64,000 bases of DNA from Dehalococcoidia bacterium (GTDB taxonomy: Bacteria; Chloroflexota; Dehalococcoidia; Lucifugimonadales; UBA2985), in NCBI GenBank assembly GCA_034421435.1, contig DAOUKJ010000048.1, forward strand, positions 1,240 to 65,239, read 5' to 3'. A model generated the notes under the pieces. That model had not been told where the DNA came from, ran no database searches, and saw only the letters and a program-made list of their open reading frames with translations. Position 1 is the first letter of the stretch. Each line of letters starts with the position of its first letter. The translations under genes were made by a program, and so were the position numbers. Shown piece after piece: positions 35,823 through 45,488 of the stretch.

Positions 35823-37181
35823 TCACCGGTACCGCGGACGCCTGAGCGACACGAACAGCGCGGCCGCAATCAACAGCAGCACCGCGAAGCTGAGGAAAGC
35901 AAGCCGGTAGCTGCCCGTGGTCTCGAACACGAAGGCGGCGTAGACAGGCCCCAGCATCGAGCCGACCACCTGCACCATCCCCGACAAGCCCAGTATCGAG
36001 CCAAACGACCGCCGCCCGAAGTAGTCGCCCTTGATGGCCGGCATCGTCGCCGCGGAGCAGCCGTAGGAAGGCGCGTAGAGCGCCACGAACAGCCACACCT
36101 GCCACAGATTGTTCGCGTAGGCGATGATCAGGCACGAGATGGCAAGTGTGCATACGCTCGCCACGTTTACCGTCTTGGTGCCCAGAATGTCGTTCAGGAA
36201 GCCGCCGCCCAGCCTGCCGACTATGCTCACCATGCCCATGCTGCCGAGCACCGCCGCCGCCGTCGCCCGGGAGTGGCCCATGTCCTCCACGAGCGGTATC
36301 GCGTGTAGCGTCGCCGCGCCCGTCACCATCAGCCTTATCGCAAAGCCGAACGAGAGAGCCCAGAAGGGTCGAGATTGCAGCGCCTGCCTCACCGTCATGC
36401 CGATGTCTTCGTCGAGCGGTTCCGCACGAGCCTGAGCGCTCTCGACGCCGGCCGCGGACTCCGGTTGAGCAGCGCCCTGCAGGTCGCCCGCGGCCGCGGC
36501 ATCCGATCGGTAGCCCTCGCCGTCCGAGCCACCGGACACATCCTGCGTCCGGGCCCGCCGCGGCTCACGAGGCACGCCGTCCGGCAGCATTCCGTACTGC
36601 TCCGGCCTGTGGCGCATCACCAGCGCCGCCGGTATGCCCACCAGCAGCGTTCCGATGCCGGACGCCACGAAGGCCATCCTCCAGCCGAACATGTCGATGA
36701 ACCAAGCCACCAGTATCACGCCTGCGGCCCCGACGGCCACCGCGGAGCGCAGCAGTCCGAAGGCCGTGCCGCGCCGCCGGATGAACCAGTTGGCCACTGT
36801 GGTGTCTATCGCGATCATGGAGCTGAGGCTTCGCCCTACAGTCACCAGCAGTATGAAAATCAGGTAGAACGCGAGCAGAGAGTGAATGAAGGACAGCAGT
36901 ACCATCCCGATGCTGGTGAGGATTACGCCCAGCAGTATCATGATCCGCGGGCCGAACCTGTCGACCAGGAATCCCTCAATGCCACCCAGGAACCCGGCCT
37001 CCAGCCGCGAGAGCGCTATAGCACCCGCGAGCGCCGTGCGTCCCCATCCGAAGTAGTCGATGAGTCGCTTGTAGAAGAGGCTCAGGCCATAACCGCCGGT
37101 CATACTGGTGAAGGTCAGCACAAGGAACGCCGCCAAGACGATCCACCAGCCATAGAAGACCTTTGGTCTGTCCTGCTGCAT
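35823..37181 (-). CDS. MFS transporter
   Basis: 452 aa with about 12 TM segments and a long Ala/Gly/Asp-rich central loop. Confidence 0.75.
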   Translation of the reverse strand: MQQDRPKVFYGWWIVLAAFLVLTFTSMTGGYGLSLFYKRLIDYFGWGRTALAGAIALSRLEAGFLGGIEGFLVDRFGPRIMILLGVILTSIGMVLLSFIHSLLAFYLIFILLVTVGRSLSSMIAIDTTVANWFIRRRGTAFGLLRSAVAVGAAGVILVAWFIDMFGWRMAFVASGIGTLLVGIPAALVMRHRPEQYGMLPDGVPREPRRARTQDVSGGSDGEGYRSDAAAAGDLQGAAQPESAAGVESAQARAEPLDEDIGMTVRQALQSRPFWALSFGFAIRLMVTGAATLHAIPLVEDMGHSRATAAAVLGSMGMVSIVGRLGGGFLNDILGTKTVNVASVCTLAISCLIIAYANNLWQVWLFVALYAPSYGCSAATMPAIKGDYFGRRSFGSILGLSGMVQVVGSMLGPVYAAFVFETTGSYRLAFLSFAVLLLIAAALFVSLRRPRYR

Positions 37182-37182
37182 C

Positions 37183-37782
37183 CTAGCTACCGCGCAGCTC
37201 CCTGTGGATGTGCCAGAAGCGGTGCAACGAGGTGAAGACCGTCAGGACGGCGATGACCGCCAGCGCGATTGTCACCTGGCCCAGCAGCAGACCGACGGCC
37301 AGGGCCACCACGCGCTCGGGCCGCGTCATGATGCCCACGCGGCAGTCGACGCCGAGGCCCTCGCTTCTTGCGCGAAGGTAGCTGACCATGAAGGAGCCGG
37401 CAAGCGAGACGTTGATGAGCACGATCTCCGCGGCGGATACGGGGTCCAGGTAGTACACAAGCAGGCCAAGGAACACCGTCGCCTCCGCCACGCGGTCGAC
37501 GACGGAGTCCAGCAGTGCGCCTCGCGGAGAGGCCGTGCAGCTTCGCCGCGCCAGTGCGCCGTCGACCATGTCCATCATGCCGGCGAAGATTAGCACCGCG
37601 CCGCCGGCAAGAAACATGCCCTGGCTGAGCAGGTAGGCGCACCCCACGCTCACGAGCAGGCCCAGGAACGTGACCCGGTTGGGAGTTAGCCCGACCGCCA
37701 TCAGCGAGCGCGCAAGCGGCTCTTCAAAGTAGCGCGTAGAGACCGTGCGGGCGCGGCTCCTGTAGTCCTGCCACGTAGGCAT
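37183..37782 (-). CDS. CDP-alcohol phosphatidyltransferase (phosphatidylinositol-phosphate synthase-like)
   Basis: DMVDGALARRSCTASPRGALLDSVVDRVAE fits DGx2ARx8Gx3Dx3D. I chose ATG 37782; the longer ORF to 38307 overlaps the GT4 gene. Confidence 0.8.
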   Translation of the reverse strand: MPTWQDYRSRARTVSTRYFEEPLARSLMAVGLTPNRVTFLGLLVSVGCAYLLSQGMFLAGGAVLIFAGMMDMVDGALARRSCTASPRGALLDSVVDRVAEATVFLGLLVYYLDPVSAAEIVLINVSLAGSFMVSYLRARSEGLGVDCRVGIMTRPERVVALAVGLLLGQVTIALAVIAVLTVFTSLHRFWHIHRELRGS

Positions 37783-37787
37783 AGCGC

Positions 37788-38954
37788 TCAGGGAAGGATG
37801 GAGCCTTCCCTTGGCTCCGCCAAGTCTGTCGACTGGCTGGCGCTCCGCCTCTCCAGCAGGTGGGTGTAGTAGTCGATTATCTGGGCCGTGACCCGCTCCC
37901 AGTCGTAGCGGGGGGCCTTCTCCGCGCCGCGTGCGCCCATCTCCTCCCGCAGGGCGGGATCGGCGATCAGGGTCTCGAGCGCGGTCTGCAAGGCCTCCTC
38001 GCTCCGCGGCGGCACGAGCAGTCCTTCCTCGCCGTGCGACATCACGGACGAGTAGCCCTCGATGCTGGTGGCAACGATTGGCTTGCCGGACGCCATCGCC
38101 TCCAGCAGCACAATGCCGAAGCTCTCCTTGCCCGTGGCAGGCGAGCAGAAGATGTCCGCGGCCTGATAGTAGCGCGGCAGGTCCTCGTAGGACACGCCTC
38201 CAACCAGGACCACATCCTCCAGGTTGCGCTCGGCTATGAAACGGAAGACCTCCGGCTCCGGGTTGCCGGGGCCCACCACGATGAGCCGCGTATTGGGGTG
38301 CCTCCACTTCAGCTTGCTGTACGCGCCCAGCAGATACTTCAGCCCCTTGCGCTTCTCCAGGCGCCCCACAAACAGGATGTTCAACTTGCCGTCCTGGAAG
38401 TCGTTGAGGGGACGTGCCGGAGTGGCGAAGCGGCTGAACTCGATGCCGTTGGGGATGACGCGATAGTCGCCGGGGAAGTGGCGGCTCACCATGCTTAGCG
38501 CGGGACTTGAGACGGCTATGCGACCGTCCAGCTTGTCGTGGTATCGCCTGAGTGCGTACTTGCTCACTCGGTAGACCCGGCCGCTGCCGTGGAAGGCGTG
38601 GAACGTGCCCACGTTCACGGCTTTAGACAGGCGGAGTATGTACAGCGGAATGACTGGCGCGAGCGGCTCGTGGAGGTGAATGACGTCGAACTGCTCCTCC
38701 GCCAGCAGGCGCTTGATGCGAGGCTCAAGCCACACGGACAGGGATATGCGGGCCATGGAGCCGCCTGTTGGGACGGGAACGGAGCGTCCGAGGCGAATGA
38801 AGCCCTTGTCCAGGATGGCGGGCGGGCTAGTGAGCGGGGCGATGATCTTGATTTCGTGACCGGCGTCGATCAGGTGGCGGCTCAAGTGGAAGATGTGAGC
38901 CATCACGCCGCCGGGGTAAGCGTAGTCGTATGGAGAGACAAGGCCAATCTTCAT
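37788..38954 (-). CDS. GT4-family glycosyltransferase (PimA/MshA-like)
   Basis: MKIGLVSPYDYAYPGGV...GRLEKRKG...FCSPATGKESFGIVLLEAMASGKPIV (EX7E motif). Confidence 0.8.
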   Translation of the reverse strand: MKIGLVSPYDYAYPGGVMAHIFHLSRHLIDAGHEIKIIAPLTSPPAILDKGFIRLGRSVPVPTGGSMARISLSVWLEPRIKRLLAEEQFDVIHLHEPLAPVIPLYILRLSKAVNVGTFHAFHGSGRVYRVSKYALRRYHDKLDGRIAVSSPALSMVSRHFPGDYRVIPNGIEFSRFATPARPLNDFQDGKLNILFVGRLEKRKGLKYLLGAYSKLKWRHPNTRLIVVGPGNPEPEVFRFIAERNLEDVVLVGGVSYEDLPRYYQAADIFCSPATGKESFGIVLLEAMASGKPIVATSIEGYSSVMSHGEEGLLVPPRSEEALQTALETLIADPALREEMGARGAEKAPRYDWERVTAQIIDYYTHLLERRSASQSTDLAEPREGSILP

Positions 38955-38997
38955 GTAGCTTGCCCCTTCTTGGCCCCGCGCGAGGCCGGCTGCCGTG

Positions 38998-40068
38998 CTA
39001 GTCGCCGTCTATGAAGCTCTCCACCATCTGGCGCGCCTCGTCGTCTGAGTACTGGATGGGTGGAGACTTCATGAAGTAGGCCGCGGGCCCCTTGAGGGTG
39101 CCGCTGATGCCCCGGTCGAGCGCCAGCTTGCAGCACCGGATTGCGTCCACAACCACGCCTGCGGAGTTGGGGCTGTCCCACACCTCCAGCTTCAGCTCCA
39201 GGTTTATGGGCACGTCGCCAAAGGTGCGCCCCTCCATGCGGATGTGGCACCACTTCCGGTCCGCCAGCCACGGCACGTAGTCGCTGGGGCCAACGTGTAC
39301 GTTGTCCGGCCCCAGGTCGTAGTCCAGCTGCGAGGTCACGGCGTTGGTCTTCGATATCTTCTTGGACTCCAGCCTGTCCCTCTCCAGCATGTTGTAGAAG
39401 TCGGTGTTGCCGCCGAAGTTGAGCTGGTACGTGCGCTCCAGCTTGATGCCGCGCTCGCGCATCAGCCGGGTGAGAACGCGGTGCGTGATGGTTGCGCCAA
39501 GCTGCGACTTGATGTCGTCGCCGATGATGGGCAGGCCCTTCTCCTCGAACCGCCTCTGCCAGTAGTCCTCGCGGCCGATGAAGACCGGGATGCAGTTGAT
39601 GAAGCCGCAGCCGGCCGCCAGCACCTGCTCCACGTACCACTTGGTGGCCTGCTCGCTGCCCACGGGCAGGTAGTTGATGACTACGTGCGCCTCCCTCTCC
39701 TTGAGGATGCCGACTATGTCTGCGGTGGAGCCGGCGTCCTTGACGATGACCTGCTTGAGGTACTTGCCCAGGCCGTCGTGGGTCATTCCGCGCTCCACGG
39801 GCACGTTCATGAACGGCACGTCCGCGAACTCCACGGTGTTGTTGGGAGGCGTGAAGATGGCCTGCGATAGGTCCTTGCCCACCTTGTTGCGGTCGATGTC
39901 AAAGGCGGCAACGAAGTTGATGTCGGAGATGTGGTAGCCGCCCAGGACGGGGTGCATGAGGCCGGGGATGAAGGCGTCCTCGTCAGCCTCCTGGTACTTG
40001 TAGACTCCCTGCACCAGGGAGGAGGCGCAGTTGCCCGCCCCGATTATTGCCACGTTGATCTTGGACAC
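38998..40068 (-). CDS. ino1: myo-Inositol-1-phosphate synthase
   Basis: [18 protein letters not shown] Rossmann motif and overall Ino1 pattern. I chose GTG 40068 (AAGAGG upstream); the ORF extends to 40155. Confidence 0.8.
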   Translation of the reverse strand: MSKINVAIIGAGNCASSLVQGVYKYQEADEDAFIPGLMHPVLGGYHISDINFVAAFDIDRNKVGKDLSQAIFTPPNNTVEFADVPFMNVPVERGMTHDGLGKYLKQVIVKDAGSTADIVGILKEREAHVVINYLPVGSEQATKWYVEQVLAAGCGFINCIPVFIGREDYWQRRFEEKGLPIIGDDIKSQLGATITHRVLTRLMRERGIKLERTYQLNFGGNTDFYNMLERDRLESKKISKTNAVTSQLDYDLGPDNVHVGPSDYVPWLADRKWCHIRMEGRTFGDVPINLELKLEVWDSPNSAGVVVDAIRCCKLALDRGISGTLKGPAAYFMKSPPIQYSDDEARQMVESFIDGD

Positions 40069-40234
40069 AGCCGTGTACCTCTTGAACCTTAGTCTGCGTG
40101 CCCGGCCCATTGCGAGCGTGAGCAACGCGTCAAAGCATCTTAGCAGGTTTCGCACGCTGCAACAACCTGCCGACCCGCGACCCGAGAGGCGTGAAAAATG
40201 AGGTTAGCTAGGCACGGATCTACGAGGTTGCAGT

Positions 40235-40735
40235 TTATCGAAGCTCAATCGAAGATTCGGGCAGAATGGCCATCCACTCAAGGGCCTGCTCGCTATCTGT
40301 GTCCAGCAGGATAACCACCGGTACACCGACGTCCACGCTCTCGAAGGGCCCCAAGTCTATGGCGACCGAGCCGCTCACTTGAAGGGTAGCGCTGAATCGA
40401 GATTCACCCTCGTAGGCGGCTTCCACAAACGCCACGGTCAGTGCGTTGCCCAGGTCGTCCTCAATGATCCCGCTTAGGAGTGTAGGAGCACCCAGCCTCA
40501 CGAGTGCCGGCACTCTTTCCTCAACCTCAGGGGCCGCCATGATTGCTTCGACGACCAGATCGGCGATCACTTCGGCATTGTCGCCAGCCCACTGTAGCGC
40601 TAAGGGCTTGGGGGAGGGCGTCGCTGTGGGAGCCGGTGTCGGCGTGGAAGTGGGAACCGGCGTAGACGTGGGATCCGCACCAGTGCAAGCGACGAGCACC
40701 AGCAACAACGAAAGCGCAAGTACGACGAATCTCAT
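40235..40735 (-). CDS. Hypothetical lipoprotein
   Basis: MRFVVLALSLLLVLVAC lipobox followed by a Thr/Pro-rich linker. I chose ATG 40735. Confidence 0.5.
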   Translation of the reverse strand: MRFVVLALSLLLVLVACTGADPTSTPVPTSTPTPAPTATPSPKPLALQWAGDNAEVIADLVVEAIMAAPEVEERVPALVRLGAPTLLSGIIEDDLGNALTVAFVEAAYEGESRFSATLQVSGSVAIDLGPFESVDVGVPVVILLDTDSEQALEWMAILPESSIELR

Positions 40736-41021
40736 GCGGCATTTTATAGTTTGTCGGCCCGTGTAAGTCAAGAGTTGCGGCGGGCGGTCCGATGGTCTAG
40801 AATTCCACGCAAGCAGAGTCGCAGGCGTTCTGAGCGCCTGCGACTCAATTGCCACGGGGAGTATAGGTATGGCGTGCCCTCCCGACGGCTACGACACGGA
40901 CCCACTCCCAGGATATCCACACCCCCGGCCTCCACGCTCGCGCAGGAAAGGGCGGCGATGGTGGAAGCCGAGACACTTCCGCAGTACCTATCGAGCGTTC
41001 CCCTACAGAGGTCGACGGCAC

Positions 41022-41672
41022 ATGAGGGGGCGGGCTGGCCTTGATTGGAAGTGGGGCGTGGTGTTCGCAATCGCCCTGGTGGGCGTAACCTGGCTGGCGG
41101 CATCGTCGGGGTTCATTCGTGTAGATGTCTTGGAGGAGTTCCTTGCGGGCAACAGTGCCGAAGTGTCGACCGACGCGCCGGCCAGCATCCCCGCCGGCAC
41201 GGGCGATGCTGAGTGGACCACATCGATGACGGTAGAGCTGCACCGGCTGGTCAATCTGGAGCGCACCAAACATCTAGGCAATGAGCATTTCAACCTAGAC
41301 TATGACGCTGACCTGGCGGCCATCGCCCAAGCGCACAGCGAGTACATGGGAGTCAATCGGCACTTCTACCACACCGACACCGAGGGCAGGGGCCCCACCG
41401 AGAGGGCGTTGGACCACGACTATACCTGCGAGACGTTCTTCAGTGCGGGAGTGGGCGAGAACATTCACCGAGGGAGTCTGTGGTACGAACGGACCGCAGC
41501 CGGCGCGCCGGACTACCTCTCAGTGCCCGATCTTGCCGCCAGTATTGTCGAGTCCTGGATGGATAGCAAAGGCCACCGGGAGAACATCCTGAATCACCGC
41601 TACAAGTCTCAGGGCTTTGGGATCCACGTCGCCCATCCCGAAAGAGTCTACACGACTCAGAATTTCTGCTGA
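41022..41672 (+). CDS. CAP/SCP-domain (YkwD-like) secreted protein
   Basis: N-terminal TM/signal segment, then LVNLERTK...LAAIAQAHSEYM...GENI...SWMDSKGHRENILN..YKSQGFGI. Confidence 0.75.
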   Translation: MRGRAGLDWKWGVVFAIALVGVTWLAASSGFIRVDVLEEFLAGNSAEVSTDAPASIPAGTGDAEWTTSMTVELHRLVNLERTKHLGNEHFNLDYDADLAAIAQAHSEYMGVNRHFYHTDTEGRGPTERALDHDYTCETFFSAGVGENIHRGSLWYERTAAGAPDYLSVPDLAASIVESWMDSKGHRENILNHRYKSQGFGIHVAHPERVYTTQNFC

Positions 41673-41724
41673 GGGGCGTAGGGATGCTGGACATCGAGGA
41701 GAGGAACGAGGCTAGGCACACTGG

Positions 41725-41988
41725 CTACCAACCGCTCGTGTTGAGTTCCCCGCAGCCATCCGCAGATTCTTGGCCCGGCGGGGTGCAGATGTAACACGGC
41801 TTCATCGGAGCCCGGAGCTTCGCTTGGAACTTATCGAAGAGTTCCTCGATACTCTCTTCGGGCACCCCGCCAAGGTCAATCTTCAACCCCATCTTCAAGC
41901 TGAGTTTGACGCCGGGGTCAGAGAATTCCTTCAGGAATACCAGAACGCAGCATCCCTTCAGTCCTTCTAGCGCTTCCTTTGCCTGCAT
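41725..41988 (-). CDS. Hypothetical protein
   Basis: 87 aa from ATG 41988, with GAGGTG 5 nt upstream. Somewhat lower G+C than the flanks. No family recognised. Confidence 0.35.
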   Translation of the reverse strand: MQAKEALEGLKGCCVLVFLKEFSDPGVKLSLKMGLKIDLGGVPEESIEELFDKFQAKLRAPMKPCYICTPPGQESADGCGELNTSGW

Positions 41989-42077
41989 GGGCACACCTCA
42001 GAGAGAGTTTCACACGCGTCGACCATAACAGAGCCGCGAGCGGGCCACAACAGCGCAGCCACGATAGGAGGGCTACC

Positions 42078-42227
42078 ATGAGCGATCTACACGACGGCGA
42101 CGAAGAGGAGAAGCTAAAGCAAGAGAAGCCCGGACAAAGAGTCTGTTTCTGCGGCATTCCCGCCGAAGACGCGAACCGCATGTGTACGGAGCGTGACTGT
42201 CCCTTCAAGTCCCCCCGCCGTTGCTGA
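42078..42227 (+). CDS. Hypothetical small Cys-rich protein
   Basis: 49 aa (MSDLHDGDEEEKLKQEKPGQRVCFCGIPAEDANRMCTERDCPFKSPRRC). AGGAGGG lies 6 nt upstream of the ATG. Confidence 0.4.
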   Translation: MSDLHDGDEEEKLKQEKPGQRVCFCGIPAEDANRMCTERDCPFKSPRRC

Positions 42228-42585
42228 GTCGGCAGGGGGCAGACCGTCAGTTGGGCAATCCGCATCGACAGCATGGGCATGAATCCGGACTGAGTGCACC
42301 CTGACTGGGCTAGTTGGCAAGGGCAGCGATGAATGAGGTGAGTGAATTGTTGGCAAATATGACTCTAAGTCAGGGGGTAATTGCTTTCGGGATCGCGCTT
42401 ACGCCATGGCCACAGTGGCGGGACTCTGGTCTAAGGACCTGCGATACCTGAGAGCGGTACCCGCGGGCGTCGTACTGATTCTCCTCGGCATGTTCATCAT
42501 TGACTCAGCCTGACTTCCCCTCCCGCCATAGCCTCATCGTGTCTGAGAGTTCATTTTTCACACCTCTCCGCGACCGCCACTCGCC

Positions 42586-42614
42586 TTGACACCCCCACAG
42601 CCTCCAACTATAAT
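42586..42614 (+). promoter_or_regulatory. Consensus sigma-70-type promoter
   Basis: TTGACA (42586-42591), a 17-nt spacer, then TATAAT (42609-42614), about 40 nt upstream of the yceD-like ATG. Confidence 0.55.
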
Positions 42615-42653
42615 CGCAAGCTGTTGCAGGCGCGCGCGCCCCGGAGACTTACC

Positions 42654-43190
42654 ATGCGATTCAACGTGTCCCAGCTGCTCAAGGAAGGCGTCGGAGCGCG
42701 CAGAAGCTATGCCTTCGACGAGACCCTGGAGCCCCTGGCCGAGACCGGCACTACCCGCGTAAAAGGCAGCATGACCGTCATGCGCATCGACAAGGGCGTG
42801 TGGGCCAGCGGCTCCATCGAGACCAACGCCTTCAGCGCATGCGCCCGCTGCCTGACGCCCGTGGAGCACCCTGTGCGGTTCCTCGTGGACGAGGAGTTTC
42901 TCCCCACCGTGACCATAGACTCCGGGACCCCGCAGGCCGTCAAGAGCTCGCAGGCAGCCAGGGAGGGAATGTTCACGCTGGACTCCCACCACAACCTTGA
43001 CCTGACCGAGGCCGTCAGGCAGTATGTCATCATCAATCTGCCCATGAAGCCACTCTGCAGGCGGGACTGTGCCGGTCTGTGCGCTTCCTGCGGCCACAAC
43101 CTCAACGACCACCAGTGCGGCTGCCCAGCCGGCGCGGACGCCCGATGGGGCCCTCTGCTGGACCTGCTGACAGCCAGCGGCAGGGGATGA
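42654..43190 (+). CDS. yceD: YceD/DUF177 family protein
   Basis: C-terminal CRRDCAGLCASCGHNLNDHQCGC, and the conserved position immediately upstream of rpmF. Confidence 0.8.
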   Translation: MRFNVSQLLKEGVGARRSYAFDETLEPLAETGTTRVKGSMTVMRIDKGVWASGSIETNAFSACARCLTPVEHPVRFLVDEEFLPTVTIDSGTPQAVKSSQAAREGMFTLDSHHNLDLTEAVRQYVIINLPMKPLCRRDCAGLCASCGHNLNDHQCGCPAGADARWGPLLDLLTASGRG

Positions 43191-43203
43191 ACGGAGGATA
43201 GAC

Positions 43204-43407
43204 ATGGGAGCGCTCCCAAAGAAGAAGAGGACCAGATCGCGCATAGGGCACCGGAAGATTGCATACCGCCTGAAGGTGCCGCAGCTCAGCCCTTGCCCGC
43301 AGTGCCCCAGCATGCGCAGGCCGCATCGCGTGTGCAGCACGTGCGGCTACTACGACGGCCGAGAGGTCATAGTGAAGGAGGAGGCGGGACAGGCAGCGGG
43401 CGGCTAG
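43204..43407 (+). CDS. rpmF: 50S ribosomal protein L32
   Basis: MGALPKKKRTRSRIGHRK...CPQCPSMRRPHRVCSTCGYY. Confidence 0.9.
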   Translation: MGALPKKKRTRSRIGHRKIAYRLKVPQLSPCPQCPSMRRPHRVCSTCGYYDGREVIVKEEAGQAAGG

Positions 43408-43453
43408 CCGCCGGCTGACCGACGGGCAAGCGCCCGACCTAGCCCGCAAACGT

Positions 43454-44410
43454 ATGGCCAGCAACACTTCAGCAGCAAGAGTGGCTTTCCTGTTCCCCGG
43501 TCAGGGTGCGCAGGCCGTGGGCATGGGCCTCGACCTCTACCGGGAGTCGCCTGCCGCCAAGGCCGTCATCGACGAGGTGGACGAGGCGCTGGGCGCTTCG
43601 CTATCGCGCATCATCTTCGAGGGGCCGGAGGACGAGCTCCGGCGCACCGTCAACACGCAGCCGGGGATCATGGCCGTCAGCCTGGCATGCCTGCGTGCGA
43701 TGGAGGAGACGCTGGGTGAGTCACTGATGCCTTCGCCGTCGCTGGTGGCCGGCCACAGCCTGGGCGAGTACACCGCGCTAGTGGCCGCCGGAGCGCTGAG
43801 CGCCGCGGACGGCGTGCGCCTGGTGCGGGAGCGCGGCCGGCTGATGCAGTACGCAGCGGAGATGTCGGAGGGCGCAATGGCCGCCATCCTGAGCATGGAG
43901 GACGCCGCCCTGGAGGAGATCTGCCGGGAGACCGACACGGAGATCTCCAACATGAACACGCCGGACCAGACGGTCATCAGCGGGGCCAGGGCCGCCGTCG
44001 AGCGGGCTATGGAGCTTGCGAACGAGCGCGGTGCCCGCAGGACGGTTCCGCTGCCGGTGGCTGGAGCCTTCCACTCGCGGCTCATGCAGCCCGCGCAGGA
44101 AGGGTTGGACGCCGCGGTCGCAGGCGTCGCTATGAGCGACCCGACCGTTCCCATCGTCGCCAACTGCACCGGCACGCCGATATTCACCGCGGACGAGATT
44201 CGCAACGAGCTCACCACCGGCCTGTGCAGCTGCGTGCGGTGGAAGGACTGCGTACAGCACATGCTGCAGTCCGGCATAAACGTCTTCTACGAGATAGGTC
44301 CGGGCAGGATACTGACCGGCACGGTCAAGCGCATGGAGCCGGACGCGGAGGTATTCAACGTCGGCGACATGGAGGGCCTGCGGCAGCTTGCGGAGGCTCT
44401 CCGAGGCTGA
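43454..44410 (+). CDS. fabD: Malonyl-CoA:ACP transacylase
   Basis: AFLFPGQGAQAVGMG...GHSLGEYTAL...AFHSRLM. Confidence 0.9.
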   Translation: MASNTSAARVAFLFPGQGAQAVGMGLDLYRESPAAKAVIDEVDEALGASLSRIIFEGPEDELRRTVNTQPGIMAVSLACLRAMEETLGESLMPSPSLVAGHSLGEYTALVAAGALSAADGVRLVRERGRLMQYAAEMSEGAMAAILSMEDAALEEICRETDTEISNMNTPDQTVISGARAAVERAMELANERGARRTVPLPVAGAFHSRLMQPAQEGLDAAVAGVAMSDPTVPIVANCTGTPIFTADEIRNELTTGLCSCVRWKDCVQHMLQSGINVFYEIGPGRILTGTVKRMEPDAEVFNVGDMEGLRQLAEALRG

Positions 44411-44495
44411 ATCGCCCGTTGGCCCGGCGTTACCGGCGGACCGCCTTAACCGGGTTCTTTAACAATCTAGCAGGATCAGCGCGGGGTCGAGAGAG

Positions 44496-44939
44496 ATGGC
44501 GGATGACGGGTACGTCCCGGCCAGGCACATGGCGAGGATCGCAGCCTTTCAGGTCCTCTACGAGGTGGACTGCGTGAACCACCCGCTGGACGAGGTGTGC
44601 AAGCGTCACCTGGACGGCCTGCGCCTCTCCGGCGAGGCGGCGGCCTTTGCAGAGGGGCTTGTGGACGGCGTGCAGGACAACAGGGCCTACATCGACGGCG
44701 TCATCTCCTCGCTGGCGCCTACGTGGCCCGTGTCGCAGCTCTCGATAGTGGACCGCAGCCTGCTCAGGCTGGCCCTGCTTGAGCTGCTGGTCGAGAGGAC
44801 GACCCCGCCAAAGGTGGTCATCAACGAGACGGTGGAGCTGGCCAAGCAGTACGGCAGCGACGGCTCGCCAAGGTTCATCAACGGGGTACTTGGCTCGGCG
44901 GCGGCAATGAGCGAGGCCCTGAACGGCACAAACGAATAG
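44496..44939 (+). CDS. nusB: Transcription antitermination factor NusB
   Basis: [13 protein letters not shown]...[14 protein letters not shown]...[30 protein letters not shown]. Confidence 0.85.
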   Translation: MADDGYVPARHMARIAAFQVLYEVDCVNHPLDEVCKRHLDGLRLSGEAAAFAEGLVDGVQDNRAYIDGVISSLAPTWPVSQLSIVDRSLLRLALLELLVERTTPPKVVINETVELAKQYGSDGSPRFINGVLGSAAAMSEALNGTNE

Positions 44940-44969
44940 AGACACAACAGCACTCACAGGAGGTTCCGG

Positions 44970-45230
44970 GTGGCAACAGTTCTAGAGCGAGTACAGAAGA
45001 TCGTGGCGGAGAGGCTGGGCGTAGACGAGTCGGCAGTGGTGCCGGAGGCGTCGTTTACGGATGACCTCGAGGCCGATTCGCTGGACCTGGTGGACCTCAT
45101 CCTTGCGTTCCAGGACGAGTTCAGCACGGACGACAACCCCATAGAGATCTCCGACGAGGACGCGGAGTCGCTTCTGACCGTGCAGGACGCCATCACGTAC
45201 CTCACCGGCCGCGGCGTCGCCGACGAGTAG
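44970..45230 (+). CDS. acpP: Acyl carrier protein
   Basis: 86 aa with [11 protein letters not shown] (phosphopantetheine Ser in DSLD). GTG start. Confidence 0.85.
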   Translation: MATVLERVQKIVAERLGVDESAVVPEASFTDDLEADSLDLVDLILAFQDEFSTDDNPIEISDEDAESLLTVQDAITYLTGRGVADE

Positions 45231-45247
45231 AGACAGCCAGCCGCGGG

Positions 45248-45457
45248 CCGCTCACCCTGAGCTTGTGGAAGGGCGTGAGCGGCTAGCCGCGCCTTTGCCC
45301 GCTCAAATGGTTCGACGGGCTCACCATGAGCGGTCAGAGAATACCGCTCATCCCTGCATCGGAGTGCGAGGCAGGCTACGAGCTTGTGGAAGGACATGAG
45401 CGGTCTGCGCGCGACTGCCCCGCTCAAATGGTTCGACGGGGCTCACCATGAGCGGGG
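45248..45457. repeat. REP/MITE-like palindromic repeat cluster B
   Basis: Four units bounded by CCGCTCA...TGAGCGG, including two copies of cccgctcaaatggttcgacgg(g)gctcaccatgagcgg. It lies between the convergent acpP and proS. Confidence 0.85.
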
Positions 45458-45488
45458 TGCCAGGACGCCGCCCCCGCCCCTCAGTCCC

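Noticed and set aside
37783-38307. N-terminal extension of the CDP-alcohol phosphatidyltransferase ORF
   Set aside because: It overlaps the GT4 glycosyltransferase gene in another frame and has no membrane-protein character. ATG 37782 gives a normal ~199-aa enzyme starting 5 nt after the GT4 stop.
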